64,000 nucleotides of DNA, taken from the NCBI GenBank assembly GCA_963705185.1, contig CAVPJF010000033.1, forward strand, positions 145,894 to 209,893. The letters are read 5' to 3'. Below are positions 29,749 to 41,300 of this stretch, one piece after another; within the stretch, counting starts at the first letter, position 1, and each line of letters starts with the position of its first letter. Position numbers and translations under genes: made by a program. Source of the stretch: an uncultured Bacteroidales bacterium. Lineage in GTDB: Bacteria > Bacteroidota > Bacteroidia > Bacteroidales > JAADJA01. The notes under the pieces were generated by a model. The model was not told where the DNA came from. It worked only from the letters and a program-made list of their open reading frames with translations, and made no database searches.

Positions 29749-31112
29749 ATGAAAAAAATTTGTCTGATTATCAGTGTCCTATTATTGGTTACCGGATGCG
29801 CTTCCAAACGGTTTACCAAGCAAGCAGCTAAGTTCGAACAAGCAGGGTTGTACGAAGATGCTGCTGAATATTACTATAAAGCTGTTAAAAAGAAAGATAG
29901 TAATGTCGAAGCAAAACTTGGATTAAGAAAAAATGGGCAGATGGGTCTGGACCAGAAGCTTTCAGTATTTTTAACGGCTTACAATAGCGCCAATTACGAA
30001 AAGGCTGTGTCGGAATATCAAAATGCAGAAATCTACTACAGGAAAATAAAAATGGTGGGAGTCGATCTGAACTTCCCCGATTCTTATCGAACCTATTACC
30101 AGGAGGCAAAAGACGATTACTTAAATAAAAAATATGCCGATGGTTTAGACAAACTAAACCGTGAAGAATTTACAGCTGCGCAGACTTGTTTTTGAAGAAA
30201 TAATGAATGTCGATCCTTCTTACAAAGATGTCTATGATAAATTTACCATTGCCAAGTTTGAACCCATGTACCGCGAAGCTAATAGCTTATTGGATAACGG
30301 TCAATACAGGAAAGCCTATTACAAATTTGCAGAAATATCAAAGTCAGCAAAAGGATATAAACAATCGGAAGCCCTGAAAGAAGAAGCTCTGGAAAAAGGA
30401 ACGCTAACCATCCTGGTGACTGATTTTACCATTGCAAAAATGATTCAACCCGAGACTTCAAAAATAGTCACAAACAAGGTTAGAGCGAGCCTTCAGGAAC
30501 TTAGCAATCCTTTCATAAAAATTATTGACGCATCTTCAGTAAATCCCGGCATATTTGATAAAGGGAAAATCGATTTACAGGCAGCGAACCTCGCAGGAAT
30601 AAAAACCATTGTATCGGGTCATATTACTGAGATTATCAAAACTGAAGGTAAGCTGAATAAAACTACACGAAAAGGTTATCTCAAAGAAGTGTATAAAGTT
30701 GCGGATGCTTCCGGACATGAAATTGAGAAGATTAGATGGAACAAAACGGAATACACTGAATTTGATATGGAAAATTCCGCGAAGCTGAACCTGAGTTTTA
30801 AAATGGTTTCAACCATAAATGGGGAAGTCTGTACCAGCGAAATTTTTAATCTCAGCAATTCCGATAAATTACATTATGCCAAAGTTTGATGGCGAAAAAA
30901 AGAACCTTGTTCCGGGTTACTGGAAGTATAAGGATACCAATTCCCCGGAAGATGTGATAAAAAACAATACCGGAGACATCAATGCATTGAAACAACTGCT
31001 AAATGCTCAGCAAACAATTAAAACAACGGCTATATTACTCGATGAATTAATTGATCGTGCAGTAAATGGGATTACCAATAAAGTTGACAAATACAATCCT
31101 GAAGGTAAATGA
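29749..31112 (+). CDS. Lipoprotein with TPR-like N-terminal region and a C-terminal domain of uncertain family (CsgG/LpoB-like?); two frame breaks
   Basis: Lipobox LLLVTGCASK. Fragments 29749..30195, 30161..30889 and 30819..31112 are contiguous in sense. The stop overlaps the next ATG. Confidence 0.55.
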
Positions 31113-32465
31113 AAGGACATTTTCTAGTATTAATGGTTCTTTTAACGGCATGCGCAGCTAAAAAGCAAGTAGCTGAATTTGAAGCCCAACCATCCTGGAT
31201 GAAGCAGAAACCGATTATCCCGGGATATTATGTCGGAATAGGAAGCGCAAAAAAAGTTGGAACTTCCTCAGAGTATATTGCCAATGCACGAAAAGATGCT
31301 CTCGCCGACCTGTCTGGAGAAGTTTCTACACAAATCAGCTCCACTTCAGTTTATCATACCATCGAAAATAATTATGGTCACGTTGAATCGTATGATCAGC
31401 GTATTGAAACGACAGTTGAAGATTATCTTGAAGGATTTGAACCGGTTGAATATTATGAAAATAATGATTCCTATTGGGTCTATTTCCGCATCAGCAAAGA
31501 AATATATGCAGAAAAGAAAGAATTGAAGAAACAGGAAGCACTCATGACTGCATTGGCGAAATACAATTCAGGAATTGAGGAAGAAAAATCTTTCAGGCCT
31601 AAAGAGGCATTGACATTTTACTTGCAGGGGCTTCAAGCAATAAAGCCTTATCTTAAAGAAGAAACATCGGTAACCTACAATGAAAGTAAAACTGATATTG
31701 GTAATCAGTTGTTCTCTGCCATGGACCAGGTATTGGCGGCATTGACCATTGAACCCGAAATCGGGGAAATAAAAGTTAAAAGAGGGGAATCACCAGGTCA
31801 AAGTTTAAAGTTCAAGGTGCGATACAAAGATGTTCCTGCCAATGGAATTCCGGTTGAATTTACCTATACCGGAGGCTACCTGAAAACTGATCGTCAAAAC
31901 TCAGATGGAAATGGCTTAGTTTTTCTGCAACCCGAAGTGATCTATTCCAGAAATATGCAGGAGCAAATTACAGCAATTATAAATCTTAAGGAAATTGCTT
32001 CAAAAGCTGTTGAGGATACTTTCATCCGTGGCTTAATTTTAAAAAAGTCTATTCAGCCGGCAATTGTTAAAATTACCATCGAATCTCCTTCCATGGCTCT
32101 TAGAATTTCTGAAAATTGTTGTGACGGGGATGAATGCTCCAGGTTGAAACAGGTCTTTAATCAGAATGCAATAAGTGCCGGTTTATCAATTCATTGACAA
32201 CGATCCGTCAGATTTTACTTTTAGCCTAAGTTATAATGTCAATCCCGGTACCAGTGCCGGAGGTCTTGTTTCTGTTGATCTTAAAGGTGAAATTAAACTA
32301 ACGGATAAAAGCAATAAAACAATTTGGACCAAAGAAATTAGCGGAATAAGGGGTGTGGGAGTTAATGGGAGAGAATCGAGAGAAAAGGCATTTGATGAAT
32401 TTAAAACCGCACTTGACCGCAACTATATTAAGCAAGGTTTGGACAAAATTAATTCTGGCTTCTGA
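31109..32465 (+). CDS. LPP20-like lipoprotein; one frame break near 32190
   Basis: Lipobox VLLTACAAKK. YYVGIGSAKKVG..ARKDALADLSGEVSTQISS resembles the LPP20 domain. Fragments 31109..32197 and 32175..32465. Confidence 0.5.
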
Positions 32466-32637
32466 TTTAAATTAGGAGTCTTTTACACAGAAGAATTAGA
32501 ATGCACAAGCTTTTTCTAATGAGTAACTTTATGAAGCTTCCTTGAGGGAAACCAGGTAAAAAATTATAAAAATCATCCCGGAATAATTGCCGGGTACTTC
32601 AAATTACTAAATTTGCCAGACTACAAAAAGCAGTATT

Positions 32638-34833
32638 ATGATTAAGAGATTTCTACTATTCTTTATTTTTCTTTTTATAGTTTTCATTGCAAAACCTGAT
32701 GAGGGAATGTGGATCCCAATGTTTCTCGGAGAGTTAAACGAAGACGAAATGCAGGCGATGGGCATGCGAATTACCGCTGAAGATATTTATAGTGAGAACC
32801 ATTCAAGCCTGAAGGATGCCATTGTTATTTTTGGTGGTGGCTGCACCGGTGTAGTCATTTCAAGTGAAGGGCTTATTCTGACAAATCATCATTGTGGAAA
32901 TGGTTATATACAATCCCATTCCTCCCTTGAAAACGATTATCTGTCAAAGGGATTTTGGGCTATGAACCGTTCGGAGGAACTGCCTAATCCTGGATTGAAG
33001 GTTATTTTCCTTGTCAGGATGCAGGAAGTGACTTCTGATGTTTTGGACAGTATTGATGATGGGATGAATGAGGCTGAAAGATTTTTCAAAATCTCAGAAA
33101 ATATTAAAAAAATCAAAGAGGAGGCAGTCAAGGACACCCATTACAGCGCAGAGGTAAAATCTTTTTTTTACAATAACCGTTATTTCCTTTTTATCAATGA
33201 GGTGTTTGAAGATGTAAGGCTGGTGGGTGTGCCTCCATCAAATATCGGCAATTTCGGAGGTGATACTGATAATTGGATGTGGCCAAGACATACCGGCGAT
33301 TTTTCAATGTTCAGGATTTATGCTGATAGCGCCAATAAACCTGCAAAATATTCTGAACAAAATGTTCCTTATAAATCCAAAAGGCATCTTTACATTTCAA
33401 CCAAAGGCATTAATGAAGGTGACTTTACCTTCGTATTCGGTTATCCCGGTAGCACCCAGGAATATATTCCCTCATTCGGAATTGATATGCAGGTCAATGT
33501 ATTAAATCCTATTCGGATCAGCCTGAGGGAAAAAAAGCTGGAAATTTATAACTCAGCCATGAAGGAAAGCAGGGAGGTCAGAATTCAATATGCAGCCAAG
33601 CGATCAGGGATTGCCAATGGTTGGAAAAAAGCAATTGGTGAAAGCCGTGGGATTAAAAATTTAAAAACAGTTGAAAAGAAACAGGCATTTGAGCAGGATT
33701 TTGAAAAATGGACGAATACTACTGAATTGACTGCTGAGAAGTACGGAGGATTAATAGATGAAATGGCTAAAACTTACAAGGAACTGATCCCGGTTAATCT
33801 AAAATTCAATTATTTGCGTGAGTCTATTCAGAGCATTGAAATAATCCGATATGCCCGGTCATTCTTAGATCTTGTTAAAGCAAGCAAAAATAAAAACACT
33901 GAACAATCTGAGATTACAAAGTTAACCGACCAGTTGAAAAAATCGGGTGAGCAGCATTTCAAAAATTATCAGCCCGATATTGATAAGGAAATCTTCGAAG
34001 TAATGATGACAGACTATTGCGAAAATAATGATCGACTGGATTGGCCTGAGGTGATTAATGACCTTTATGATGATTATAAGGGTGATATTTACCGGTTGGC
34101 TGAAATGGTTTTCACAAAATCAATCTTTAGCTCAGAAGCAAGAGTTTCCGATCTGCTCAATAATTATAAATCGAAGAATTGCAGTACCATTGAAAAAGAT
34201 CTATCTTTCAGAATTGCCATCGGAGTGGCTGATTACGCTGAAAAATTTCTGGTGCCTGTGATGACAAAAAATAGCGCAGCGATTGATAGCATGATGCGGA
34301 TATACATGAGAGCCCAAATGGAAATGCAACCCATGAAGAAGTTCTATCCTGATGCTAATTTTACTTTACGGGTGGCATATGGTAATGTGAAAGGTTATCA
34401 TCCGGATGATGCGGTTACCTATAAGTATTTTACGACACTTGATGGAATACTGGAAAAGGAAGATCCGGATATCTATGATTATGTGGTGGAAGATAAACTT
34501 AAGGAACTATATAAAAATAAAGATTACGGACCTTATTCAAATCAGGATGGGAAAATGCATGTTTGCTTTACTGCTACCAATCATACATCAGGCGGAAATT
34601 CAGGTAGTCCGGTGCTCGACGCTGATGGGAATCTGATTGGATTAAATTTTGACCGTTGCTGGGAAGGTACGATGAGCGATCTGGAGTATGACATTTCACA
34701 TTGCAGGAATATTGCCCTCGACATTCGCTATTGTTTGTTTATTATCGATAAATTTGCAGGTGCTAAGCATTTAATTGATGAAATGACAATACTCACTATA
34801 AATGATAACCAGCAATCTACCCAGCTGTACTAA
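32638..34833 (+). CDS. S46 family dipeptidyl-peptidase (DPP7/DPP11-like)
   Basis: 731 aa. PDEGMWIP N-terminus after the signal peptide, ILTNHHCG (catalytic His), GDTDNWMWPRHTGDFS, GGNSGSPV (catalytic Ser). Confidence 0.9.
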   Translation: MIKRFLLFFIFLFIVFIAKPDEGMWIPMFLGELNEDEMQAMGMRITAEDIYSENHSSLKDAIVIFGGGCTGVVISSEGLILTNHHCGNGYIQSHSSLENDYLSKGFWAMNRSEELPNPGLKVIFLVRMQEVTSDVLDSIDDGMNEAERFFKISENIKKIKEEAVKDTHYSAEVKSFFYNNRYFLFINEVFEDVRLVGVPPSNIGNFGGDTDNWMWPRHTGDFSMFRIYADSANKPAKYSEQNVPYKSKRHLYISTKGINEGDFTFVFGYPGSTQEYIPSFGIDMQVNVLNPIRISLREKKLEIYNSAMKESREVRIQYAAKRSGIANGWKKAIGESRGIKNLKTVEKKQAFEQDFEKWTNTTELTAEKYGGLIDEMAKTYKELIPVNLKFNYLRESIQSIEIIRYARSFLDLVKASKNKNTEQSEITKLTDQLKKSGEQHFKNYQPDIDKEIFEVMMTDYCENNDRLDWPEVINDLYDDYKGDIYRLAEMVFTKSIFSSEARVSDLLNNYKSKNCSTIEKDLSFRIAIGVADYAEKFLVPVMTKNSAAIDSMMRIYMRAQMEMQPMKKFYPDANFTLRVAYGNVKGYHPDDAVTYKYFTTLDGILEKEDPDIYDYVVEDKLKELYKNKDYGPYSNQDGKMHVCFTATNHTSGGNSGSPVLDADGNLIGLNFDRCWEGTMSDLEYDISHCRNIALDIRYCLFIIDKFAGAKHLIDEMTILTINDNQQSTQLY

Positions 34834-34865
34834 CTTTTACTGAAAATCAGTTAATTTCTATTCAT

Positions 34866-35219
34866 ATGATCAAGATTTATCACAATCCCCGATGTAAAAA
34901 ATCTCGATCGGGTGTGGAATACCTGAAGCAAAAAGGATTAGAGTTTAAGGTGGTGGAATATATGAAGAAGCCATTCACAATAGCAGACCTGAAAGAAGTT
35001 TTAGCAAAATTGAACTTGAGTCCGCAGGACATCATTCGTGAACAGGAGGAAATTTATAAGAAACAATTCAAAGGCAGAAGTTTTACAAATGAGGAATGGA
35101 TAAAAATACTGATTGAAAATCCAAACCTGATTAAAAGGCCGATAGTGGAAAAAGATTATAAAGCTGTTTGGGCCGATCCGCCTGATAAAATTGATGATCT
35201 GTTTAAATTGAAGAAATGA
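34866..35219 (+). CDS. ArsC/Spx/YffB family protein
   Basis: 117 aa. IKIYHNPRCKKSRSG...LIKRPIV. Confidence 0.8.
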   Translation: MIKIYHNPRCKKSRSGVEYLKQKGLEFKVVEYMKKPFTIADLKEVLAKLNLSPQDIIREQEEIYKKQFKGRSFTNEEWIKILIENPNLIKRPIVEKDYKAVWADPPDKIDDLFKLKK

Positions 35220-35263
35220 TTTTAATCCAATTATAAATTCACACATCAATAAATTTTTACAAT

Positions 35264-36649
35264 ATGAAATACAGAGTTGAGAAAGACACGATGGGACCGG
35301 TTGAAGTCCCGGCCGATAAATATTGGGGAGCACAAACCCAGCGGTCAAAAATGAATTTCCTGATCGGTGATCCGGGTTCCATGCCCATTGAGATCATCCG
35401 GGCATTTGCTTACCTTAAAAAAGCAGCTGCATTGACCAACCACGACCTTGGAGTTTTGGCAGAAGATAAAACCAAACTCATCAGTCAGGTTTGTGATGAA
35501 ATCCTCGAAGGAAAATTGGATGATAACTTCCCGCTGGTCATATGGCAAACCGGTTCGGGTACCCAGTCAAACATGAACCTTAATGAGGTTATTGCCAACA
35601 GGGCACATGTGCTGAGTGGTGGCAAATTAGGTGAAGGGAAGAAGATTATTCATCCGAATGACGATGTAAATAAATCGCAATCATCGAATGATACATTTCC
35701 GACAGCTATGCACATCGCCGCATACAAGATGATCGTTGAAACCACCATCCCGGGAGTAACTAAACTCAGAAATACACTGGCAGCAAAAGCAGAGGAGTTC
35801 AAGGGAATTGTTAAAACCGGACGCACTCACCTGATGGATGCTACTCCGCTTACCCTGGGTCAGGAGTTTTCGGGTTATGTCGCACAACTTGATCATGGAA
35901 TAAAGGCGCTCAATGCAACGCTTGACCATCTTAAGGAACTTGCTCTTGGAGGTACGGCTGTTGGAACAGGAATCAATACTCCAAAAGGCTATGCAGTGAA
36001 AGTTGCAGAAAAAATTGCTGAACTCACCGGACATCCTTTTCGGACGGCTGAAAATAAATTTGAATCTTTGTCGGCTCATGATGCTATGGTGGAAGCATCC
36101 GGCGCTCTAAAAACCCTTGCCGTAAGCCTGATGCATATTGCCAATAATACCCGGATGCTTGCTTCCGGTCCCCGTTGCGGAATAGGGGAGATCATCTTTC
36201 CGGAAAATGAACCGGGTTCATCCATCATGCCCGGCAAAGTGAATCCCACACAGTCGGAAGCTTTGTCGATGGTTTGTGCTCAGGTTATCGGAAACGATGC
36301 AGCTATTACAGTTGGTGGTATGCATGGCCATTTTCAGTTGAACGTATTTAAACCGGTGATGATCTATAATCTCTTAATGGCAGCTCGCTTGCTGGGTGAA
36401 GCTTGTGTATCATACAATGACAATTGCGCCGTTGGTATTCAGGCTAACCTGCCATTTATAAAGAAGAACCTGGAAAATTCACTCATGCTTGTTACCGCTC
36501 TCAACACCCATATCGGGTATGAAAAAGCAGCCGAAATTGCCAAGAAAGCTCATAAGGAAGGATTGACCTTAAGGGAAGCTGCTTTAGGATTGGGCTATGT
36601 AACCGATGACGAATTCAATCAATGGGTTGACCCACGAAAAATGATTTAA
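35264..36649 (+). CDS. fumC: Class II fumarate hydratase
   Basis: 461 aa. [16 protein letters not shown] signature, [23 protein letters not shown]. Confidence 0.97.
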   Translation: MKYRVEKDTMGPVEVPADKYWGAQTQRSKMNFLIGDPGSMPIEIIRAFAYLKKAAALTNHDLGVLAEDKTKLISQVCDEILEGKLDDNFPLVIWQTGSGTQSNMNLNEVIANRAHVLSGGKLGEGKKIIHPNDDVNKSQSSNDTFPTAMHIAAYKMIVETTIPGVTKLRNTLAAKAEEFKGIVKTGRTHLMDATPLTLGQEFSGYVAQLDHGIKALNATLDHLKELALGGTAVGTGINTPKGYAVKVAEKIAELTGHPFRTAENKFESLSAHDAMVEASGALKTLAVSLMHIANNTRMLASGPRCGIGEIIFPENEPGSSIMPGKVNPTQSEALSMVCAQVIGNDAAITVGGMHGHFQLNVFKPVMIYNLLMAARLLGEACVSYNDNCAVGIQANLPFIKKNLENSLMLVTALNTHIGYEKAAEIAKKAHKEGLTLREAALGLGYVTDDEFNQWVDPRKMI

Positions 36650-36676
36650 ACTGAAGCAGAATAAGATTCGTCCGGG

Positions 36677-38227
36677 TTACTGGAAAGAAACTTTATTCAT
36701 ATAGAAAACAACTCTTTTATCTGTATCGGATTGGGAGTTGTTTTTTATTGTCTGGAATCCATAAGCCAGAAAGTAGTTGTCGTACCAGTATTCCATGCTG
36801 CTTTTAGAGTCAGCCATGATTTTGTCATTCACAAACATGGATTCGATTGGATAGTATTCGACGCCTTCAACTACGTTAGTCCCATTAAATATCTTAGCAC
36901 CGATTTTGCCCTCACGGTTGTATGCCAGTACGGTTTCATTTTCTATAAAATAGACAATTACCCGGTTGGTCAGATCAAACGTGAGGATATTAAATATTTC
37001 CATTCCATTATCCCAAAGTTTGTTTCCATTTCGGTCGAAACAGGAAATGAATGCGTTGAAATACTTGTACCCGTCGAATACTTCGTAGGAAACAGGCATG
37101 GGACGACCATAATAATCATAATAGGTGCTGGTTACGGTATGGTACTCTTCATAAAAGGCTTCACCAATAAAATAATAGAGTGAGTCTTTCTGCACTATGT
37201 CGTGAATTAACAGGTCGAATTCAGGTGAATATTTATCCGAATCCTCATCGCTCTTACTTGCCTTTTTTTGAGCCTGCTGATATTCTTTGCTTTTCAGGTA
37301 TCCGGTCATGTTTTCCAGCTCAAGAAAGCTGAAGTATTGGCTTCCCTGCTGAGTGTTGTTGTCAATCTTTATTGAAAAGAAGCCTGTGGATGAATTATTA
37401 AAGTAGTTTTTTTTATCAATAGAACTGCCTTTTACATAATCATATGTTCCAATGATCATCCGTTCTGTTTGATTAATGGTAACCAATTTACCCGAGTTCA
37501 GCTTTTTGTTTTCCTGAGGACTAATTATAATTGAATTGATATTGGTGTCATTTATATCAAATTCTTTCAGCAGTAAATAGTTTTCTGTCTTTGAAGCAAA
37601 AACGTTGAAAATCCCAACATAGGAATTATTAAGAGTATCAATATAAATATTTTCAAACCTTGAAGTAACCTCCATAAGTTCGTAAACAGTCTTTGCCTCT
37701 TTGGTAGTCATGTTCAAACTGAAAATCATACTTTGCTCCTCGTCCAAATCAATCCCTGCAACCAGATGATCTCCCAAAACATCAAAATCAACGAGCTTTG
37801 CATTTTCAGGCAAGTTTCCGCTGAATAATTCATATCTACCAGACGGAATATTAATCCTCAGTACCTGGTAATTGAATGCTTCTTTTTTCTTTTTTTCAGT
37901 GTCATGAAAAAAAAGATAGAGGTTATCGCCGTTTAGGATTTTTCTTCTGAAAGACATATTTTCATAGACAGGCACATCTTTTTTCCAGAACTCCTGCATA
38001 AATTTATTATAGGAAATGAAAGTCCAGAATTTGTAATTGTCCTGCAGAACAGTTGTTTCATAAAAAAATATCAATCCATTGTCACCACAGGTAGTAACTT
38101 TGTAATTGGCTTCATCCGATTTGGATTCAATCTCGATCCTGAGGGGAGGATCGTTTTGTCCAAAAGTCATCATTGGAACAACCAATAATAAGACAAAGCG
38201 TGTAAAGAATTTTAAATATAGTTTCAT
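36677..38227 (-). CDS. Hypothetical secreted protein, 516 aa
   Basis: Intact ORF with a signal peptide (VLLLVVPMMTFGQ). Aromatic-rich and Asn-rich. No family recognised. Confidence 0.6.
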   Translation of the reverse strand: MKLYLKFFTRFVLLLVVPMMTFGQNDPPLRIEIESKSDEANYKVTTCGDNGLIFFYETTVLQDNYKFWTFISYNKFMQEFWKKDVPVYENMSFRRKILNGDNLYLFFHDTEKKKKEAFNYQVLRINIPSGRYELFSGNLPENAKLVDFDVLGDHLVAGIDLDEEQSMIFSLNMTTKEAKTVYELMEVTSRFENIYIDTLNNSYVGIFNVFASKTENYLLLKEFDINDTNINSIIISPQENKKLNSGKLVTINQTERMIIGTYDYVKGSSIDKKNYFNNSSTGFFSIKIDNNTQQGSQYFSFLELENMTGYLKSKEYQQAQKKASKSDEDSDKYSPEFDLLIHDIVQKDSLYYFIGEAFYEEYHTVTSTYYDYYGRPMPVSYEVFDGYKYFNAFISCFDRNGNKLWDNGMEIFNILTFDLTNRVIVYFIENETVLAYNREGKIGAKIFNGTNVVEGVEYYPIESMFVNDKIMADSKSSMEYWYDNYFLAYGFQTIKNNSQSDTDKRVVFYMNKVSFQ

Positions 38228-38322
38228 TTTGACCCGGATACCCTGATGAAGTTCAATTTACAAAAATAACAAGTATTGCTTATTCCAAACGGTGTCATGA
38301 AGGAATTATTGAATGAAAAAAG

Positions 38323-38350
38323 AAAAGTCCCCTGACTCCAGAGGACTTTT
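38323..38350 (-). terminator. Rho-independent terminator downstream of the large surface-protein gene
   Basis: GAAAAGTCC / GGACTTTTC 9-bp stem, followed by a T-run on the minus strand. Confidence 0.75.
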
Positions 38351-38369
38351 CAACTTTTTTCTTAATAAT

Positions 38370-41300
38370 TTAATTCAAGATCAACTTCTTCGCAATTGTT
38401 TGACCGGTTTGCTCATCGGAGATCAGAATAAAATATACTCCGGCATTAAGGTCTGATAAGTCCTTATTGTAAACAGTATCCGATATTTTAAATTCCTCAA
38501 TTAAACTGCCGGATACCGAAAGGATCTTTACATTTTCGAAACCATTACCCGGTTTCACAATGCTGATTATACCATTTGAAGGATTCGGATAAATCCTGAA
38601 TAAATCATCCATGTTGATTTGGTTGTCAGAACTTAAATCTTCTTCACCCGTTGATTTCAATATCATCTACTTCCCATGTAGCTGAAGCAACTGCAGTTGA
38701 CGTAAACTGGAATGCAATATAAACTGCTGCACCATTAAATCCTGAAAGATCAACTTCACCTGATGGAGTCAATTCCCAATTTCCAGGGGACTTAATGAAT
38801 GTAAGGTCGTCCAGGTGCCGGAATAAGGATTTCCACCGCCATCATAGTCGATAGAAATTTTTACCTCAAGGTCATTTCCGGTATAATTTTTAGCATTCTG
38901 GAAAGTAAGAACCTCATTGATGTAATTATCCAGATCAAGAGCAGGAGAAATTAGCCAGTCATCGTTTTCAAACGGTGCACCTTCAAATCCACTCATGCTT
39001 GCAAAGGCGTATTATTGATACCAAAGGTATTGTCCCTATCCCAAACCTGATCGCCGGTTACTGAAATTGTGTCCAATTACCCAAGCTTTCATCGAAGTTT
39101 TCAGCTTCAATGGTCACCACAACAGTTCGTAGTTATGGCTTCAGCAGTTGGAGCAGTGCCATCATTTTTATAATTGATGTTGCCCCATTATTGGTATATG
39201 GATAAATCGAGAAATAGTAAGTGGTATTAGATGTCAAGCCAGAAAAAGAAGCTTGTTCAATCCCAAAAGCAATGTTTAATGCACCGGAACCATCGCTTAA
39301 ATCAGTATCATCGGGAACCGGGGTTCCATCAGCAGGCACAGGCAATGAAGCTGAGGTACCTGCAAAAATAATGTACATTTCAGGCAATTGGCTGCCGGTA
39401 GCATCTGTCCATCCAAGGTCAACAGAGTTGCTCGTTGCGTTTGCATCAAAGCCTGTGGGATAATTGGAAGGTTCAGGAATAAATAATGTTGTTGCATTAG
39501 CAGCAGGTGCAGTGCCATCAGTTTTATAGTTGGTACTGGCACCACTATTGGTATAAGGATAAATTACAAAGTAGAAAGTATTCCCTGGATCAAGACCTGC
39601 GAAAGAAGCTGTTTCCAAACCATAGGCAACATTTATTGCACCAGAACCATCACTTAAATCAAGATCATTTACAACTGGTATTCCATCAACGGGAACAGGC
39701 AATGAGGCAGAACTACCGGCATAAATGAGGTACATTTCGGGTAGCTGGCCACCAATGGCGTCAGTCCATGAAAGTGCGATTGCGTTAATTGTAGCATTGG
39801 CATCAAAACCTGTCGGATAATTGGAAGGCTCTGGTGTTAATGTAGTAGTTGCATTTGCAGTTGGAGCAGTACCGTCAGTTTTATAGTCGGTATTGATGCC
39901 GGTATTGGTAAAAGGATAGATCACAAAATGATAAGTAATCTCCAGGATCAAGTCCGGCAAATGCAGCTTCTTCCAAACCAAAGGCAACATTTAATGCACC
40001 TGAGCCATCGCTCAAGTCAAGGTCATCAGCAACAGGTGTTCCATCAACCGGTAAGGGTAATGAAGAACTGGTTCCTGCGAATATGATGTATTGACTGGGA
40101 AGTTGTGTTCCAGTGGCATCCGTCCATGTGACAAGAATCGTTGTTCCAGTAGCATCGGCTGAAAAACTAGTTGGATAATTGGAAGGCTCAGGAAAGATGG
40201 TTGCTTCTTCTTCTCCGGTAATTTCAATATCGTCTATTTCCCAGGTTGCGGAAGCAGCTGGCTGTGGAAGTATATTTAAATGCCACATAAACGGCAGTTC
40301 CATTATATCCTGAGAGATCAACCTCTCCGGAGTATGTCCAAACAAAACCAGATGGAGCTAGAATATAAGTCAGATTTGTCCATGTTGCTGAATTTGGATC
40401 ACCTCCTCCATCGTAGTTCGTCGAAACTTTGAGTTCAAGATCGTTTCCTGTATAATTTTTTGCATTCTGGAATGTAATCATTTCATTGATATAATTATTC
40501 AAATTCAAAGCCGGAGAAATCAGCCAGTCTTCATTTTCAAAGGCTTGGCCTTCGTAACCACTCATGCTTGCACAAGGTGTACTACCAATGCCAAAAGTAT
40601 TATCTCTGTCCCAAACTTGAGTTCCTATAACTGAAATGGGTGTCCAATTTCCCCACGAATCATTGAAATTCTCAGACTCTATTGTCACTACCACTATGTT
40701 CTCTGTGGTGGCATCATCTGACGGAGCTACACCATCGGTTTTATAATTTATATTTACACCACTGTTAGTATAAGGATAAATCGTAAAATAATATATCGTG
40801 GCAGGTAAAAGGTCGCTGAATGAAGCTTCCTGTATCCCATAAGAAATATTCAGTACTGCCGAGCCATCACTCAGGTCGGGATCATTGGTAACCGGGGTAC
40901 CATCAACCGGAACAGGCAAGCTGGAGCTTATGCCTGCATAAAGGATGTATTTATCAGGAAGCTGAGTCCCGATGGCATCGGTCCATGTCAGATTGATTGA
41001 AAGGCCTTCTGCCACAGCAGTGAAATCAGTGGGATAATTTGACGGTTCAGGATCAATGGTTGCGCCTTCTTCACCCGTGATAACAATATCATCAATTTCC
41101 CATGTTGCAGATGCTGTTGTATTGCAGGTATAATGAAAAGCAATGTATACAGTTCCATTGTAAGATGAAATATCTAACAAACCTGAAGAAGTCCATGCCC
41201 AGCTTCCCGGACATAGGGTAAAGGCCAATGAAGTCCAGGTTGCCGAATAGGGATCTCCACCACCATCATAATCGGTAGAAATTTTACATTCCAAATCCGG

